64,000 nucleotides of DNA from the sequence record MT944117.1, one strand, 5' to 3'. Source of the stretch: Escherichia phage PNJ1809-36. Positions 41,363-50,888 of the stretch are shown piece by piece. Within the stretch, counting starts at the first letter, position 1, and each line of letters starts with the position of its first letter. The notes beneath the pieces were generated by a model, which did no database searches, was not told where the DNA came from, and saw only the letters and a list, made by a program, of their open reading frames with translations. A program made the position numbers and the translations under genes.

Positions 41363-42304
41363 TTAATAACCTCCTTCAAAACGCTTAACTACATGTTGAT
41401 TAGCTTTAAAACGTTCAACATAGTCGTTTTCGCCCATGTTTTCATATAGCTTAGTAACAACATAAAAGTTTTCCCAAGCATATTCCCTAAACCAACCACT
41501 AGTGATGGATGTGCAGACTTTAGATAAAGCCATTATAAAACTTTGCTTAGGGGTTGGACCTCCGATCTCTTCACCGAAAGGAATTTGTGAACGTTCCAAA
41601 GCCAAAACACACGCTTCTTCATAAACACCTAACAGGCGCACATGTTTTGGTTGAGCAAAAAACTTTTCTTTGCTGGTCATAACTTCACTTCCATCTTTCA
41701 TATAAGATTTATATGCTGGAGCATCCATTAACGCGATTGCTTCATGGATAGAATCATGATCATAAACATACGGAACCTCGTCACCTTTAAAGAAGTCTTT
41801 ACTTTTTACGTTTAAGTTCGGATGAGAGTAAGTGTATGTTTCTTTCTCACGTAACTCATAAATACTCTTAAGATTTTCTGGGATCTTTGCGCCCAGTGAC
41901 CGCATGAAATGAATATCTTTCATAGTTTTAAAGAAGTGAGGACTATCCTTTTTAAAACGATGACTCATTTTAAGAAGGTAGAGCACATCTAAAGGAGCAA
42001 CAACATGTCCAGCGTAAGTTCGACGAACATCATCAGAATCTTCACAATAACTAATCAAAGCTTCTGTGCTATCTCCTTGAGAAGCAATATCATATTCCAA
42101 ATGTGCACCAGCTATCATTTTGACGTGGCCTTTGTTCCCTTTACGTTCTACAAGTTCAACAAACTCGTCTTGAGAGAACATTTTTGATAATTCTTCCCAC
42201 TCTTGTTCTGTACACAGGTAATCTAAATCTACACAAGGGCGATACAAGTCTTTTCCCATGTCCATAGCATGAATTTGTAATGCACGGCTACCAATTAACA
42301 CCAT
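41363..42304 (-). CDS. hypothetical protein (313 aa), possible nucleotidyltransferase-like N-terminus
   Basis: SD AGAGGAG; IGSRAL...VDLDY resembles a GS...DxD NTase motif with atypical spacing. Confidence 0.7.
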   Translation of the reverse strand: MVLIGSRALQIHAMDMGKDLYRPCVDLDYLCTEQEWEELSKMFSQDEFVELVERKGNKGHVKMIAGAHLEYDIASQGDSTEALISYCEDSDDVRRTYAGHVVAPLDVLYLLKMSHRFKKDSPHFFKTMKDIHFMRSLGAKIPENLKSIYELREKETYTYSHPNLNVKSKDFFKGDEVPYVYDHDSIHEAIALMDAPAYKSYMKDGSEVMTSKEKFFAQPKHVRLLGVYEEACVLALERSQIPFGEEIGGPTPKQSFIMALSKVCTSITSGWFREYAWENFYVVTKLYENMGENDYVERFKANQHVVKRFEGGY

Positions 42305-42334
42305 AATATTTCTCCTCTATTGGTTGATAGGTTA

Positions 42335-42363
42335 AGTTTATCAAGCTTCCAGATTCCTGTCAA
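42335..42363 (-). promoter_or_regulatory. sigma70-type promoter on minus strand
   Basis: minus strand TTGACA (42358-42363), 17-nt spacer, TAAACT (42335-42340). Confidence 0.6.
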
Positions 42364-42388
42364 TAAAAAACCCGCCGAAGCGGGTTAT
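42364..42388 (-). terminator. rho-independent terminator (UUCG tetraloop)
   Basis: minus strand AACCCGC-TTCG-GCGGGTT followed by TTTTTTATT. Confidence 0.7.
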
Positions 42389-42394
42389 TATTTA

Positions 42395-42667
42395 CTAACA
42401 CATTGAGGAAGAAGAGATCCAAACACCTCTTGTGGTTAAACCATTTTCATCCAACTCTACACCATAATCTTCACAAATGAAATCAATATAGTGATCTGCG
42501 GCTGGCGTTCCTGTAGGGTAATAAGTTTCTCCGTTACCGTAGTCACCTATCCAAGCTTGTTCCTGAAACTGTTCACAGAGTTCTTCAATTTCCTTACGAA
42601 ACTTTCTTTGTGCTTGTTCCATCTCTTTAACTTTCTTTTTTATCAGCAGTTCGCCTTCAGACTCCAC
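42395..42667 (-). CDS. hypothetical protein (90 aa), GTG start
   Basis: AAGGAG 5 nt upstream of GTG. Confidence 0.6.
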   Translation of the reverse strand: MESEGELLIKKKVKEMEQAQRKFRKEIEELCEQFQEQAWIGDYGNGETYYPTGTPAADHYIDFICEDYGVELDENGLTTRGVWISSSSMC

Positions 42668-42676
42668 AATCTCTCC

Positions 42677-42895
42677 TTAACAGCTACTACTGTGCCAAAC
42701 GCCTTGAGAATTAACGACGAAACCATCATCACCTTCACCATAACAAGAAGAGGATTGCCAATCTTCAAAACAGATTGCGTCATCTTCTAAGCTAAGACCA
42801 AAACCAGCATCTTCGGCTTCTTTTGTAAGTTCGTCCACTAAAGCCATAATAGCTTGGGCTTTTTCAGTTAATTCTTCAATGTTACGATAACTCAT
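42677..42895 (-). CDS. hypothetical acidic protein (72 aa)
   Basis: ATG 42895 after GAGGAG; TAATG overlap. Confidence 0.55.
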   Translation of the reverse strand: MSYRNIEELTEKAQAIMALVDELTKEAEDAGFGLSLEDDAICFEDWQSSSCYGEGDDGFVVNSQGVWHSSSC

Positions 42896-43164
42896 TAGTA
42901 TTTCTCCTCTGGTTGGAAAACGGAACGACAGGCCCACATAGAAGCTTCTTTCAACTTAGTCTTTGCTATTGAAATTTGGTCAAGGCGGGTGGATATATTG
43001 GTAGACTCTTCCAAATCTTCACAATCATCCAGTTCAGCCCACAATTCAGACATTAGAGCATCAAAGATTAATCCTAATCGAACTTCAGCATCTTTAATAG
43101 CATTCACTTTACCAATTTTGTCATCGGTATGCGGTTTATAACCTTTGATATCTTCGATTCCCAC
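42895..43164 (-). CDS. hypothetical protein (89 aa), GTG start
   Basis: AGGAGG 4 nt upstream of GTG 43164; listed 43203 TTG start lacks SD. Confidence 0.5.
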   Translation of the reverse strand: MGIEDIKGYKPHTDDKIGKVNAIKDAEVRLGLIFDALMSELWAELDDCEDLEESTNISTRLDQISIAKTKLKEASMWACRSVFQPEEKY

Positions 43165-43175
43165 TTTACCTCCTA

Positions 43176-43373
43176 TTAACAACTTAAAGAAGATGGATGC
43201 CAATTTGTTCCAGTATTCTCATTTTCATCTTCTGGATCATAATAACCACCCATCCCATATTCAGGAGAGAAACTGAAACCTTCACCAGTCTCGTCTGCTA
43301 ACTGTTCTGCTTCCGCTAAAGCCTCATAAGCTGCTTTTACGGCTTCTTCTACTGTTTTAAACTTGGTCGTCAT
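43176..43373 (-). CDS. hypothetical acidic protein (65 aa)
   Basis: SD GGAGAGGAG. Confidence 0.6.
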   Translation of the reverse strand: MTTKFKTVEEAVKAAYEALAEAEQLADETGEGFSFSPEYGMGGYYDPEDENENTGTNWHPSSLSC

Positions 43374-43647
43374 AAAATTTCTCCTCTCCTAAAGACATGT
43401 TGACATGAAATGCGCGGTATGTAAATTCGTTGTCCGTTGTGTTAGAATAAAACTCAAATTGAACAACACCGTCTTGAGAAGACAAATACATGCCAATTTG
43501 AACTGTTCCTTCTGGTACCAGGTAAGCATACTCTGGACGTAGTGTTACATTGTAAAAATAAAGTTCCCCAACACCCATTTCATCCCAAGCTTCCCAAGCG
43601 GTAACGAAGTTACTTTCAAAACTTGTTACTGATCCGAACTCTGCCAT
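43357..43647 (-). CDS. hypothetical protein (96 aa)
   Basis: SD GAGGAGG. Confidence 0.65.
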   Translation of the reverse strand: MAEFGSVTSFESNFVTAWEAWDEMGVGELYFYNVTLRPEYAYLVPEGTVQIGMYLSSQDGVVQFEFYSNTTDNEFTYRAFHVNMSLGEEKFYDDQV

Positions 43648-44138
43648 AAAACCTCCTCAATCTTGTAGTTTGACTCCATCTCCAACACATTTCCACGAAC
43701 ATCTCTCCGAAGAAAGGCATAAGCTTTATTAGGTATTGTAGACTCATATTTAACCATATCTGGCACAGCAAAAGATACTACTACTCCTGCTGGGCTTCTG
43801 TCAAGAGCCTTATTAATATTTCTAAGGATATCGTTAGCCAAGATTTCTGCCAATTCTCCAAGAACAGTTTCGGTTATATCTTTATATCCCATTAAATATT
43901 TGTTGATATCTTTCATCTCTGTATTGTTCAGAGTATAGTCTAAAGGATAAAAATTCAAAGAGGAGTCACTTTTATGTGTCCACATGAAATGCACCCGATC
44001 CGAGCAGAATCGTAACCCTCTACGAAGAATATCTTCTACAACAGGGAGAATTTCTTTTGTCACATCATTAACCATGTTGTAATCTAAGATTTCTGCCAAG
44101 TTTGTTCTTTGTTCACCACGTTTACGTCTAGGAATCAC
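43626..44138 (-). CDS. hypothetical protein (170 aa)
   Basis: ORF; start codon uncertain (GTG 44138 or ATG 44075). Confidence 0.55.
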   Translation of the reverse strand: MIPRRKRGEQRTNLAEILDYNMVNDVTKEILPVVEDILRRGLRFCSDRVHFMWTHKSDSSLNFYPLDYTLNNTEMKDINKYLMGYKDITETVLGELAEILANDILRNINKALDRSPAGVVVSFAVPDMVKYESTIPNKAYAFLRRDVRGNVLEMESNYKIEEVLWQSSDQ

Positions 44139-44709
44139 TTGTTATTGCCCTCATTACCAAAGGTCGTAGAAAATCGTAAATCTCTTGTTTTGTTTTCCCA
44201 CGAATGTTTAAACAAGGAACATTATTGGCTTTAGCTATCTTCCAAGCCGTAGCTGTTCCACCTTTTGCATCTCCATGTTTATCAGTATTAGCACAAGCCA
44301 ACAAGAAACATGATGGAGCAGGATTCTCCAAATCTCTGCCTAACACTTGATGCACATTACGTTGGTGCAATTTTCTAGCACCCTGCTTAAGCTTTTCATA
44401 AGCTGGGTGAACATCTTTGATCCATTGCACAGAGATAGCATAGTTCATTGTATCTGGTTTTGCAAGAACAATAACATCACCTGGAATCTGATTACCTTTG
44501 AAATTTTCCCAAGGAACATAAATTTCCTTGTTAGTAGGATTTTCAGACTCTTGGACACCTGTTTCAAAAGCAGAATCACTACCCTCTGCCTTACCAGACC
44601 GTAATTTAAACCCAAGGTTTGAAAGCCATTTCCCTATGCCTACCATCAAAGCCCACTCTTCTTCAGATATGTCCCTACTTCCAACTCCCGTATAGAACAG
44701 TTCTGCCAT
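44128..44709 (-). CDS. Rossmann-fold protein, SLOG/DprA-like (tentative)
   Basis: YTGVGSR and SGKAEGSDSAFETG motifs; ATG 44709 after GAGGTGA. Confidence 0.4.
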   Translation of the reverse strand: MAELFYTGVGSRDISEEEWALMVGIGKWLSNLGFKLRSGKAEGSDSAFETGVQESENPTNKEIYVPWENFKGNQIPGDVIVLAKPDTMNYAISVQWIKDVHPAYEKLKQGARKLHQRNVHQVLGRDLENPAPSCFLLACANTDKHGDAKGGTATAWKIAKANNVPCLNIRGKTKQEIYDFLRPLVMRAITSDS

Positions 44710-44716
44710 AATCACC

Positions 44717-45025
44717 TCAACAAGTAATTTCAAAAGGTGTATAGGGTTCCGTATTTCTCATAATCCAAGGACTGCTAGGATTGCTCGGATCATAAGGACC
44801 AAAAGGTTTTATGGTAGGTTGTGTTTCTTTCTTCTGAATCTCTTCAAAAATACGACGAAGTTCAGAATATTCTTGATCCACCATAAGATTCGGTGCATCT
44901 GATTCTACAGTTTGCAGGTTATCTTCCTTAAGAACAATCTCACGAACAAGATTAACATCTTCTGTTTCTAAGATAACTTCTTTACGGATATTACCTACAC
45001 TTTGAATAATTGTAATTTTATACAT
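44717..45025 (-). CDS. hypothetical protein (102 aa)
   Basis: SD GAGGAGG. Confidence 0.65.
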   Translation of the reverse strand: MYKITIIQSVGNIRKEVILETEDVNLVREIVLKEDNLQTVESDAPNLMVDQEYSELRRIFEEIQKKETQPTIKPFGPYDPSNPSSPWIMRNTEPYTPFEITC

Positions 45026-45768
45026 TAATCCTCCTCAAGAGTTGAATAAAATTGAAGACCACCATCCATATCGAAATAAGCAAATGTTAAGTTATTATTG
45101 AACACAGATCCAGTATCCATATAAACACGATTCGCATTGATAATAGGTGTTTTTACATAAGAGTGTCCATGAAACACATAATCCACACCCATCACAACAG
45201 GAAGTTTCATTCCCTCTTTAGCACAGTCTACCATATCTCTGTCCCACATAAGTGCTTCAGCAAAACGGTTTTCCTGTGTTTTTGTCATCTTCGAAATGTA
45301 TTCTGGAAGATCTGTTACAGGGAGATATTCCAAAGAAGATGGATACCCACCATGAATAAACGCAAGTTTCATGCCTCTGTAGTTAACAATGAGAACAACA
45401 GGTAAATCTTCTGTCATCATTGCTAAGGCTGTAGCTCCTTCTTCACCACATTCTTCAAATACCGTATATCCTCCATTTTGATACCAACACTCGTAGTAGC
45501 TACGATCTCCTTCCAGCATACCTTTAATCATCATGTCTTCATGATTGCCACGAATAGCGTAGCGATTGTGTTTACGAGTAAATTCTAAAACACAACGAAA
45601 GTTTTGCTTTCCACGATCAGTAAGATCTCCTAAAGATACAACCACATCTGTATCTCGGATACCTAACTTTGCCTTTCCTTTTTCATACAGATTATAACAA
45701 CCATGTAGATCTCCAATTATAAAAAGATCTTGATCGCTTTTAACAGTAATTTCTCTATGTATGATCAC
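45025..45768 (-). CDS. PPP-family metallophosphatase (Ser/Thr protein phosphatase-like)
   Basis: GDLHGCY, GDLTDRG, RGNHE motifs; GTG start after GAGGAGG. Confidence 0.8.
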   Translation of the reverse strand: MIIHREITVKSDQDLFIIGDLHGCYNLYEKGKAKLGIRDTDVVVSLGDLTDRGKQNFRCVLEFTRKHNRYAIRGNHEDMMIKGMLEGDRSYYECWYQNGGYTVFEECGEEGATALAMMTEDLPVVLIVNYRGMKLAFIHGGYPSSLEYLPVTDLPEYISKMTKTQENRFAEALMWDRDMVDCAKEGMKLPVVMGVDYVFHGHSYVKTPIINANRVYMDTGSVFNNNLTFAYFDMDGGLQFYSTLEED

Positions 45769-46094
45769 TTATCCTCCTCAAAATCTAAGAAAATAAAAAT
45801 ATTCACCTTTCCTTCAATCTCTTGTTCTAAAACAAGATCGGCAAATTCTGCATAAGCTTTCTCTTCAACTTTTTCAATATGCTCTGCGGCATCTTTAAAA
45901 GGCGTATCCCCATCCACCTTTACTAATAAGAAAAGAGATCGCATTTCTACGCTTTTACTGTTACGAGGAAGGAAATCTACAGCTTCAACAATTCTCCAAC
46001 CCAAATAGCCAGGGGTTTTATGAATCTCTCCTAAATACTTTTCTAATATTTTACGACCCTCGTCGATAAGGGCTTGTTCTGTAGTAATTTCCAT
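45765..46094 (-). CDS. hypothetical protein (109 aa)
   Basis: SD GAGGAGGAAGG. Confidence 0.65.
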   Translation of the reverse strand: MEITTEQALIDEGRKILEKYLGEIHKTPGYLGWRIVEAVDFLPRNSKSVEMRSLFLLVKVDGDTPFKDAAEHIEKVEEKAYAEFADLVLEQEIEGKVNIFIFLDFEEDK

Positions 46095-46104
46095 TCCTTC
46101 CTCC

Positions 46105-46677
46105 TCAAATTATTAACGAAACCGCATGACTAAATCTTGGTTCAGATATAACCTCTGCTACAGTAACATATGTATCGTGCAGCCAAAAAGATTCTACTCT
46201 ACAAACACAAATACCGTTGATAATGAAATCTACACAGGCTTTATTATTTTCGCACACTTGTTGACTATAAACAACCCCTAAAGAGTCATAAAGTGATCTC
46301 ACTGTTGCTACCATTTCATCTGTTTCGTCTTCCTGTGAAACAAAGAAAACGAATACAGACAAGTTATTAGCGAAAGTATTGCTATTCTCTACCTCAACCG
46401 ACTTACAAGGTAAAAAGGAGTAATATTTACCATTAGGTATCAATTTCGCCTCAACCTGGTTAAGTATGCTTTGAGATGGTTTTGTTACATAAAAAAGATT
46501 TTCTGTTGGGTTTTCAACATTACTCCTTACTATGCAACGAGTGGGGTTCGAAGAATCAAAAACATGATCGAAATCGACACACACAGGTAAGTTAACAACT
46601 TTAAACTTTTTGCTAAGAATGCTTACTGCTGTAAAAATCAAACCAGCATTTATTTTGCCAGTGAAAGTTGAACGCAT
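46105..46677 (-). CDS. hypothetical protein (190 aa)
   Basis: ATG 46677 after GAGGAG; listed 46695 start has no SD. Confidence 0.6.
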   Translation of the reverse strand: MRSTFTGKINAGLIFTAVSILSKKFKVVNLPVCVDFDHVFDSSNPTRCIVRSNVENPTENLFYVTKPSQSILNQVEAKLIPNGKYYSFLPCKSVEVENSNTFANNLSVFVFFVSQEDETDEMVATVRSLYDSLGVVYSQQVCENNKACVDFIINGICVCRVESFWLHDTYVTVAEVISEPRFSHAVSLII

Positions 46678-46691
46678 AACTACTCCTCGGA

Positions 46692-46886
46692 TCATTCTAC
46701 CAAAGAGAATTCCGCCTCTTCCAGGTAGATTACAGACCTTGTTGCATGATATTTAACGCTCCAGAAATTACCTTCGCGCCGTAAAAGTATCTCATTCACA
46801 TCAAGATTGCTTAGAAAAACCATATAACTTAAAGCTTGTTGACGCGTTGAGAATTGTTTCTCTAAAAGTTCTTCTCCGCTCTGCAT
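46692..46886 (-). CDS. hypothetical protein (64 aa)
   Basis: SD AAGGAGGG. Confidence 0.6.
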   Translation of the reverse strand: MQSGEELLEKQFSTRQQALSYMVFLSNLDVNEILLRREGNFWSVKYHATRSVIYLEEAEFSLVE

Positions 46887-46931
46887 AATCCCTCCTTAAA
46901 ATACTCCCTCCGAAAAGGGAGTATAAGTATA

Positions 46932-47135
46932 TCACGTAGTTGTTATGTTGTCTTCTTGGATTCTAGAATCCACTTCTGCAAACATATCTTCTGCACTGTA
47001 ATTATTTCCAGTCCAGCGTGATAAAAGGATAGCACCAATCTCTTTTGCATGAGATTCGGACTCCGCATAAACGTTAGTCCCAGTGTCACCTTTTTTCTTT
47101 TCATGTGCATAAATGCAGTAATAATTGTAAGCCAT
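46932..47135 (-). CDS. hypothetical protein (67 aa)
   Basis: TAATG overlap with upstream gene. Confidence 0.55.
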   Translation of the reverse strand: MAYNYYCIYAHEKKKGDTGTNVYAESESHAKEIGAILLSRWTGNNYSAEDMFAEVDSRIQEDNITTT

Positions 47136-47371
47136 TAGTCTTCCCAGTCATTGCCCTCGGTAGAGTGAACCAAAGCTCGCACGATACCGCCGTAATCTAC
47201 TGCCTGATTTGCAGCATGTTCGGCATAAACTTCAATGGCTTTTTTGAAGAAAAGAGCAGTAGCTGCTTCAATATTATCCATTTCGCCATCTACGTCAGTA
47301 GAAAGTGAAAGGTTGAGGCTTTCATCTACTTCATCAAAATCAATAGCCACTGTCATAATTAGTTTACCCAT
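47135..47371 (-). CDS. hypothetical acidic protein (78 aa)
   Basis: SD AAGGAG. Confidence 0.65.
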   Translation of the reverse strand: MGKLIMTVAIDFDEVDESLNLSLSTDVDGEMDNIEAATALFFKKAIEVYAEHAANQAVDYGGIVRALVHSTEGNDWED

Positions 47372-47383
47372 AGTTCACACTCC

Positions 47384-47893
47384 TTAAACAAAATAAAATG
47401 GTTGAGAGAGGCCCAAACGATTCTTTGGGTCGTATACATACCAAGCGTATGCTGTCTTATCTGTTCCACCTGCAACAAACGAAGGCCGTTCTGAAAGGAC
47501 TATAAGGTTTGTTGGTGGATTCTTTTGATGGAACTCTCGTCGTTTCTTTGACTCCAAGAAGCCCAACCGAAGAAGATAAATACAAACATCCGCCTCTTTT
47601 AAGCTCTTTTCCAAGAACTCCATTGCTAACTTAAATGGAGGATTTGTGATTATAATATCGGGACGATTTTCCCATTTATGACTAAAATAATCTTTACCTT
47701 CTTCAAGTTCGCAATATTCTGAACCTTCAGGAAAATGGCGATAAATCGCTTCAGCTTCACCTCTACAAGGTTCTGCAAAAACCCAACCTTCTTCCTTTAG
47801 ATTTTTGAAATCTATAACACTAAACAAACTATTGATTGCTTTTTGCGGTGTCGGATAATAATCGCTCGTTGGGCGATCATAATCTAATGCCAT
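47384..47893 (-). CDS. small amino-methyltransferase-like protein (NPPF motif), candidate phage Dam-type N6-adenine MTase
   Basis: DYYPTP near N-terminus and IIITNPPF catalytic-like motif; SD AGAGGAG. Confidence 0.5.
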   Translation of the reverse strand: MALDYDRPTSDYYPTPQKAINSLFSVIDFKNLKEEGWVFAEPCRGEAEAIYRHFPEGSEYCELEEGKDYFSHKWENRPDIIITNPPFKLAMEFLEKSLKEADVCIYLLRLGFLESKKRREFHQKNPPTNLIVLSERPSFVAGGTDKTAYAWYVYDPKNRLGLSQPFYFV

Positions 47894-48311
47894 CTAAAAT
47901 CTCCTCTTTTGTAATATTATCCAACTCTTTAAAGGATGAAATCTCGTTTAATAATCCTATTTGATCAGCCTCTAGAGGATAAGTGTTTTTATCTGTTTTT
48001 CTAGACAGAATATCTTCAACAAACTTATCAATAGCCAAAGAAGAATCATAAAATTTTAAAAGTTGGTAATCCATAGGAGATATTTTGTCATCTCTTAGAA
48101 ATATTTCTAACATGTTTTCAGTAGTATCGTGGTTTAGTGTATGTTCACCAAAAATATTAACTTCGTAAACATCTTTGCCAAACCAACGTTTCTTCTTTTC
48201 AACAGTATAGGTTTTTGCCACCAGACCATCTAAACAGTTTCTTGCCCTCTTACATGTTTGACGGTAAGAGTGGATAGCGCCTTCAACAAACTTAGCAGGA
48301 ACTTGTAACAT
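47877..48311 (-). CDS. hypothetical protein (144 aa)
   Basis: SD ATAGGAG. Confidence 0.65.
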   Translation of the reverse strand: MLQVPAKFVEGAIHSYRQTCKRARNCLDGLVAKTYTVEKKKRWFGKDVYEVNIFGEHTLNHDTTENMLEIFLRDDKISPMDYQLLKFYDSSLAIDKFVEDILSRKTDKNTYPLEADQIGLLNEISSFKELDNITKEEILDGIRL

Positions 48312-48329
48312 TATTAATCTCCTATGTTT

Positions 48330-48352
48330 AAGAAATGCCCCCGAAGGGGCAG
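48330..48352 (-). terminator. UUCG-tetraloop hairpin (partial terminator)
   Basis: minus strand GCCCC-TTCG-GGGGC followed by ATTTCTT. Confidence 0.5.
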
Positions 48353-48356
48353 TTTG

Positions 48357-49049
48357 TTAAATAGCGGTTCCTTCGAAATCCGCCACATTTACGAGATTAA
48401 TATTTTCAGATTTAGAAGTCAAGTTGTTTTCTGCAACAGATTTTTCTTCAGTATCCGCCTCGTTACCTGCCACGTTACGAGGTTCTTCTTCACCGTAGGG
48501 ATTACCGAATTTCAAAAGATTGATCAATTCTTCTTTGGAGAAGTTTTCTAAATCATCGTCTGTTAATTCAATAATCTCGTCTTGTTCTTCAATAAATGTT
48601 TCACCACCAGAAAAAGCATCTCGCTTTTTAGCTACTTCCATAGCTTGTTCTGGTGTTGCCCCTGCGTCAAGAGCAGCTAAAGCAAAGTCTGACCCACTTC
48701 CTACTGCATAATATTCTTCATCAATCGGATATGCACGTGTTGGGTTGTTACCTTCGTGCAAGAAAATACGTCCGTCTGGATGAACAACAAGTGCAATAAA
48801 CTCTTCATCTTCTTTATCTGGATCAGAGTGAATCATCAAACCAGGGACAGCATCACGTGCTGCTTCGCACTGTAGATTTTGTTCAAACCATTGAAAGAAA
48901 GAAAGCACGGAGGTCAGACGACCAGCACCACCTACAAGGTAATCTCCAATTTTTCGGACCTTTTTGAAATTAATAGAATCTACACGTCCACCAAAAGTTA
49001 CCTTACCGTCACTCAAAATCTTATTTTTGGTTGCAATAATTGTCGTCAC
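48357..49049 (-). CDS. HslV-like Ntn-hydrolase peptidase with acidic C-terminal extension
   Basis: MTTII N-terminus (Thr after Met), GGRVDS...KKVRKIGDYLVGGAG, AVGSGS; C-terminal 90 aa Glu/Asp-rich; GTG start after GAGGAGG. Confidence 0.7.
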   Translation of the reverse strand: MTTIIATKNKILSDGKVTFGGRVDSINFKKVRKIGDYLVGGAGRLTSVLSFFQWFEQNLQCEAARDAVPGLMIHSDPDKEDEEFIALVVHPDGRIFLHEGNNPTRAYPIDEEYYAVGSGSDFALAALDAGATPEQAMEVAKKRDAFSGGETFIEEQDEIIELTDDDLENFSKEELINLLKFGNPYGEEEPRNVAGNEADTEEKSVAENNLTSKSENINLVNVADFEGTAI

Positions 49050-49549
49050 TATTCTTCCTCCTCTGTTAATGTTTTAAGAACCGCTTTCCCGCCATTCACA
49101 TATTTGCAGATGTATTCTATCGCACGTAGTGTCTCTTTGTCAACAAAAATTTGATCAGACGTTGCGAGCGGGTTATTAAGAAGATCACTGCAATCACGAA
49201 CAAGCAGTGCTTTCTTATTAAACAAATTACTTAAGAACAGTAACTTCGCCTCTTCTTCTGTTATGTGCAGAAGGCTAGGATCGGAGCCAGCTATTCCTAT
49301 TATACAATCAAACAAGCTTTCTTTACTATCAGAAAGTTCTTGAAAATGGTTTAAAAGCCAATCTTCTCCTAGACACCAACATTTAAACATTTCCAGTTTA
49401 TCTCGGAGGGTCATATTCTCTAAAGTAAGAGCAATCTCTTTTTCAATATGGTTTACACAAATTTGACGAAATTCGTTAGGTTTTACGAGTCCCGTTTGAT
49501 AGCACTCATCTATACCGCTTCTTCCGATAGCTATTGTTGCTACACCCAT
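49049..49549 (-). CDS. hypothetical protein (166 aa)
   Basis: ATG 49549 after AAGGAGG. Confidence 0.65.
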   Translation of the reverse strand: MGVATIAIGRSGIDECYQTGLVKPNEFRQICVNHIEKEIALTLENMTLRDKLEMFKCWCLGEDWLLNHFQELSDSKESLFDCIIGIAGSDPSLLHITEEEAKLLFLSNLFNKKALLVRDCSDLLNNPLATSDQIFVDKETLRAIEYICKYVNGGKAVLKTLTEEEE

Positions 49550-49584
49550 CAATCCTCCTTATAAATGGCTTCCCTGCCATGTCA

Positions 49585-50343
49585 TTAAATAAACACTTCA
49601 GTAATCAGTTTAGACAAACGTCCACGTTTATTATCGTCCGTTGTCAGTTCAACGTATCCAATAAAATCTACAATTGGCTCACGAACACCTTCTTCATTTT
49701 CTGGATATAAAAGTTCCAAAATTTGATGCAGACCATTGCTACGTTTTTTAATTGCATATGTCTGGCGAACATCGCCTAATACAATAACATGCGTATTAAT
49801 ACCTGCACGTTCAATAAGAAGTTTAAGTGTTTCTGTTGACATAAGTTGTGCTTCGTCAATAATGACGATTGTATTATCCAGGGTGGCCCCCAACAAATAG
49901 TTAGGAATATTCAATTCGATCTTACCTGATCCAATATCGTTTTCCAATTTGTTGGCTGTCATGAATTGCTGGAAAATACGTTTTGTAGATTCATAGTGTG
50001 CTGCTAGTTTATCTGTTTTATCTCCAGACAAGAAACCAATCTGGTCATCTCCGACTTCAGTAGGGTTCTTGATAAAAAGTAGTTTACGGAAGTCTCCTGA
50101 ACGAAGCATCTGCAAAGCTTTCCATAAAGCAACAGAGGTTTTACCAGTCCCTGCCGGAGCATTTACAACAGTCAGATCATTCCAAATCATGCTTTGAACA
50201 ATCTTATTTTGGTCCCCTTCAGGCATAAATTCATCTAAACGGTAATCGTCATTACCTACCGCTTTTGCTGCATAACGGCTTTCAATCTTTGCTGAATTAG
50301 CCAGTTTCTGCCGTTGTGTTTTAGCTGCGGTTTTATTTCCCAT
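49585..50343 (-). CDS. phoH: PhoH-like ATPase
   Basis: Walker A APAGTGKT; PhoH-like body; ATG 50343 after AAGGAG. Confidence 0.85.
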   Translation of the reverse strand: MGNKTAAKTQRQKLANSAKIESRYAAKAVGNDDYRLDEFMPEGDQNKIVQSMIWNDLTVVNAPAGTGKTSVALWKALQMLRSGDFRKLLFIKNPTEVGDDQIGFLSGDKTDKLAAHYESTKRIFQQFMTANKLENDIGSGKIELNIPNYLLGATLDNTIVIIDEAQLMSTETLKLLIERAGINTHVIVLGDVRQTYAIKKRSNGLHQILELLYPENEEGVREPIVDFIGYVELTTDDNKRGRLSKLITEVFI

Positions 50344-50360
50344 AGTAGCACTCCTTTTAG

Positions 50361-50378
50361 AAGGGGCCGAAGCCCCTT
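50361..50378 (-). other. intercistronic UUCG-tetraloop hairpin without T-run
   Basis: minus strand GGGGC-TTCG-GCCCC between lysozyme stop and phoH SD. Confidence 0.5.
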
Positions 50379-50380
50379 TA

Positions 50381-50881
50381 TTAGTTGTAAGCATCTAAAG
50401 TTCCAGAAGTCAGAACTTTAATTACTCGTTCAGCACGGTTTGGCGTCTGGCTATACCATCGGCTTTTACGCATGTTTTTACCTGCTTGAGTATAATATGC
50501 ATTGCTGATTAAAGTCAAGCTATTTTGAAACCCTTCAGCACCTTTTAACCCCAACTGGAAAACCATGTTGATTATTCCCAATTTACGAGTATCACTAACC
50601 TTATCATAGATTGGTGATAAGATAGCACTGTTTTTTATGTCTCTCTTCACTTTTGCAACATCGTCAGCAAAGATTTGACGGGCTTCTTTTTCTGTGATAA
50701 CTCCATTAGTCTTACGACCAAGAAGATTATCTAAGATTTGAATAGCCTTTGCTTTATCTTTTATTTTAGTCAGAAGGTGTCCTATGCCGACTGTCCAATA
50801 ACCAAGATGGTCTTGATAAACAGTAAGCTTCAGTCCTTCATCGACTCGTAGCATATCAAACTCATCTACTACTTTAGCCAT
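50381..50881 (-). CDS. T4-type lysozyme (endolysin, muramidase)
   Basis: MLRVDEGLKLTVYQDHLGYWTVGIGHLL closely parallels T4 lysozyme N-terminus incl. catalytic Glu/Asp/Thr region. Confidence 0.9.
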   Translation of the reverse strand: MAKVVDEFDMLRVDEGLKLTVYQDHLGYWTVGIGHLLTKIKDKAKAIQILDNLLGRKTNGVITEKEARQIFADDVAKVKRDIKNSAILSPIYDKVSDTRKLGIINMVFQLGLKGAEGFQNSLTLISNAYYTQAGKNMRKSRWYSQTPNRAERVIKVLTSGTLDAYN

Positions 50882-50888
50882 TTACTTC

